Position numbers and translations under genes: made by a program. The notes beneath the pieces were generated by a model. That model made no database searches. It was not told the DNA's origin and saw nothing but the letters and a program-made list of their open reading frames with translations. DNA of 64,000 bases, from positions 18,374,101-18,438,100 of the forward strand of contig NC_092677.1 of NCBI RefSeq assembly GCF_964355755.1, in the 5' to 3' direction. Within the stretch, counting starts at the first letter, position 1. Each line of letters opens with the position of its first letter. The DNA comes from Antedon mediterranea. Lineage: Eukaryota; Animalia; Echinodermata. This document shows positions 63,731-64,000 of this stretch, piece by piece.

Positions 63731-64000
63731 ATGTTTTATTTAACAATTAATAATTATACTCAATTACTGTTTTTATATTTTGGATCTGTTAAATTTGTAC
63801 AGAGATGACCTAATTCAATTACATTATCGCCACAAATTACTTAATTTATGTATATTTACAGATTCGGTTAAGTGCATTTATTTATCGTGTTTTATTTAAC
63901 AACAAATTATACTCAATTACTGTTTTTATATTTTGGATCTGTTAAATTTGTACAGAGATGACCTAATTCAATTACATTATCGCCACAAATTACGTAATTA
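63731..64000. repeat. ~153-bp tandem repeat, runs off the right edge
   Basis: aattatactcaattactgtttttatattttggatctg..cgccacaaattac at 63752 and 63905. Confidence 0.85.

Overview
AT-rich animal (probably marine invertebrate) genomic DNA made almost entirely of transposable elements. Positions 1-57327 form one uninterrupted, same-orientation cluster of rolling-circle Helentron/Helitron2-type elements. It holds the right part of one autonomous element (1-6766; its ORF runs off the left edge) and a complete ~22.8 kb autonomous element (6845-29600). The complete element encodes a 3070-aa protein: hydrophobic N-terminus, PHD finger, herpes-tegument-like deubiquitinase, OTU protease, HUH Rep, PIF1 helicase and APE endonuclease. 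About 21 non-autonomous 1.1-1.6 kb derivatives of three end-types follow (29601-57327), joined precisely tail-to-head at CTAGT|T junctions or nested into each other's T-rich heads. The array is heterogeneous and mosaic rather than a plain satellite, suggesting a self-targeting landing-pad system. Several MITEs (Harbinger-, Mutator-, Ginger- and pogo-like), a LINE 3' end, satellites and palindromes are nested inside. The right flank has a 2156-bp tandem duplication with a tRNA-derived Deu/Nin-type SINE, and a PHD-finger gene interrupted by a 1.3 kb TIR element. All family assignments come from motif recognition by eye; no searches were run.
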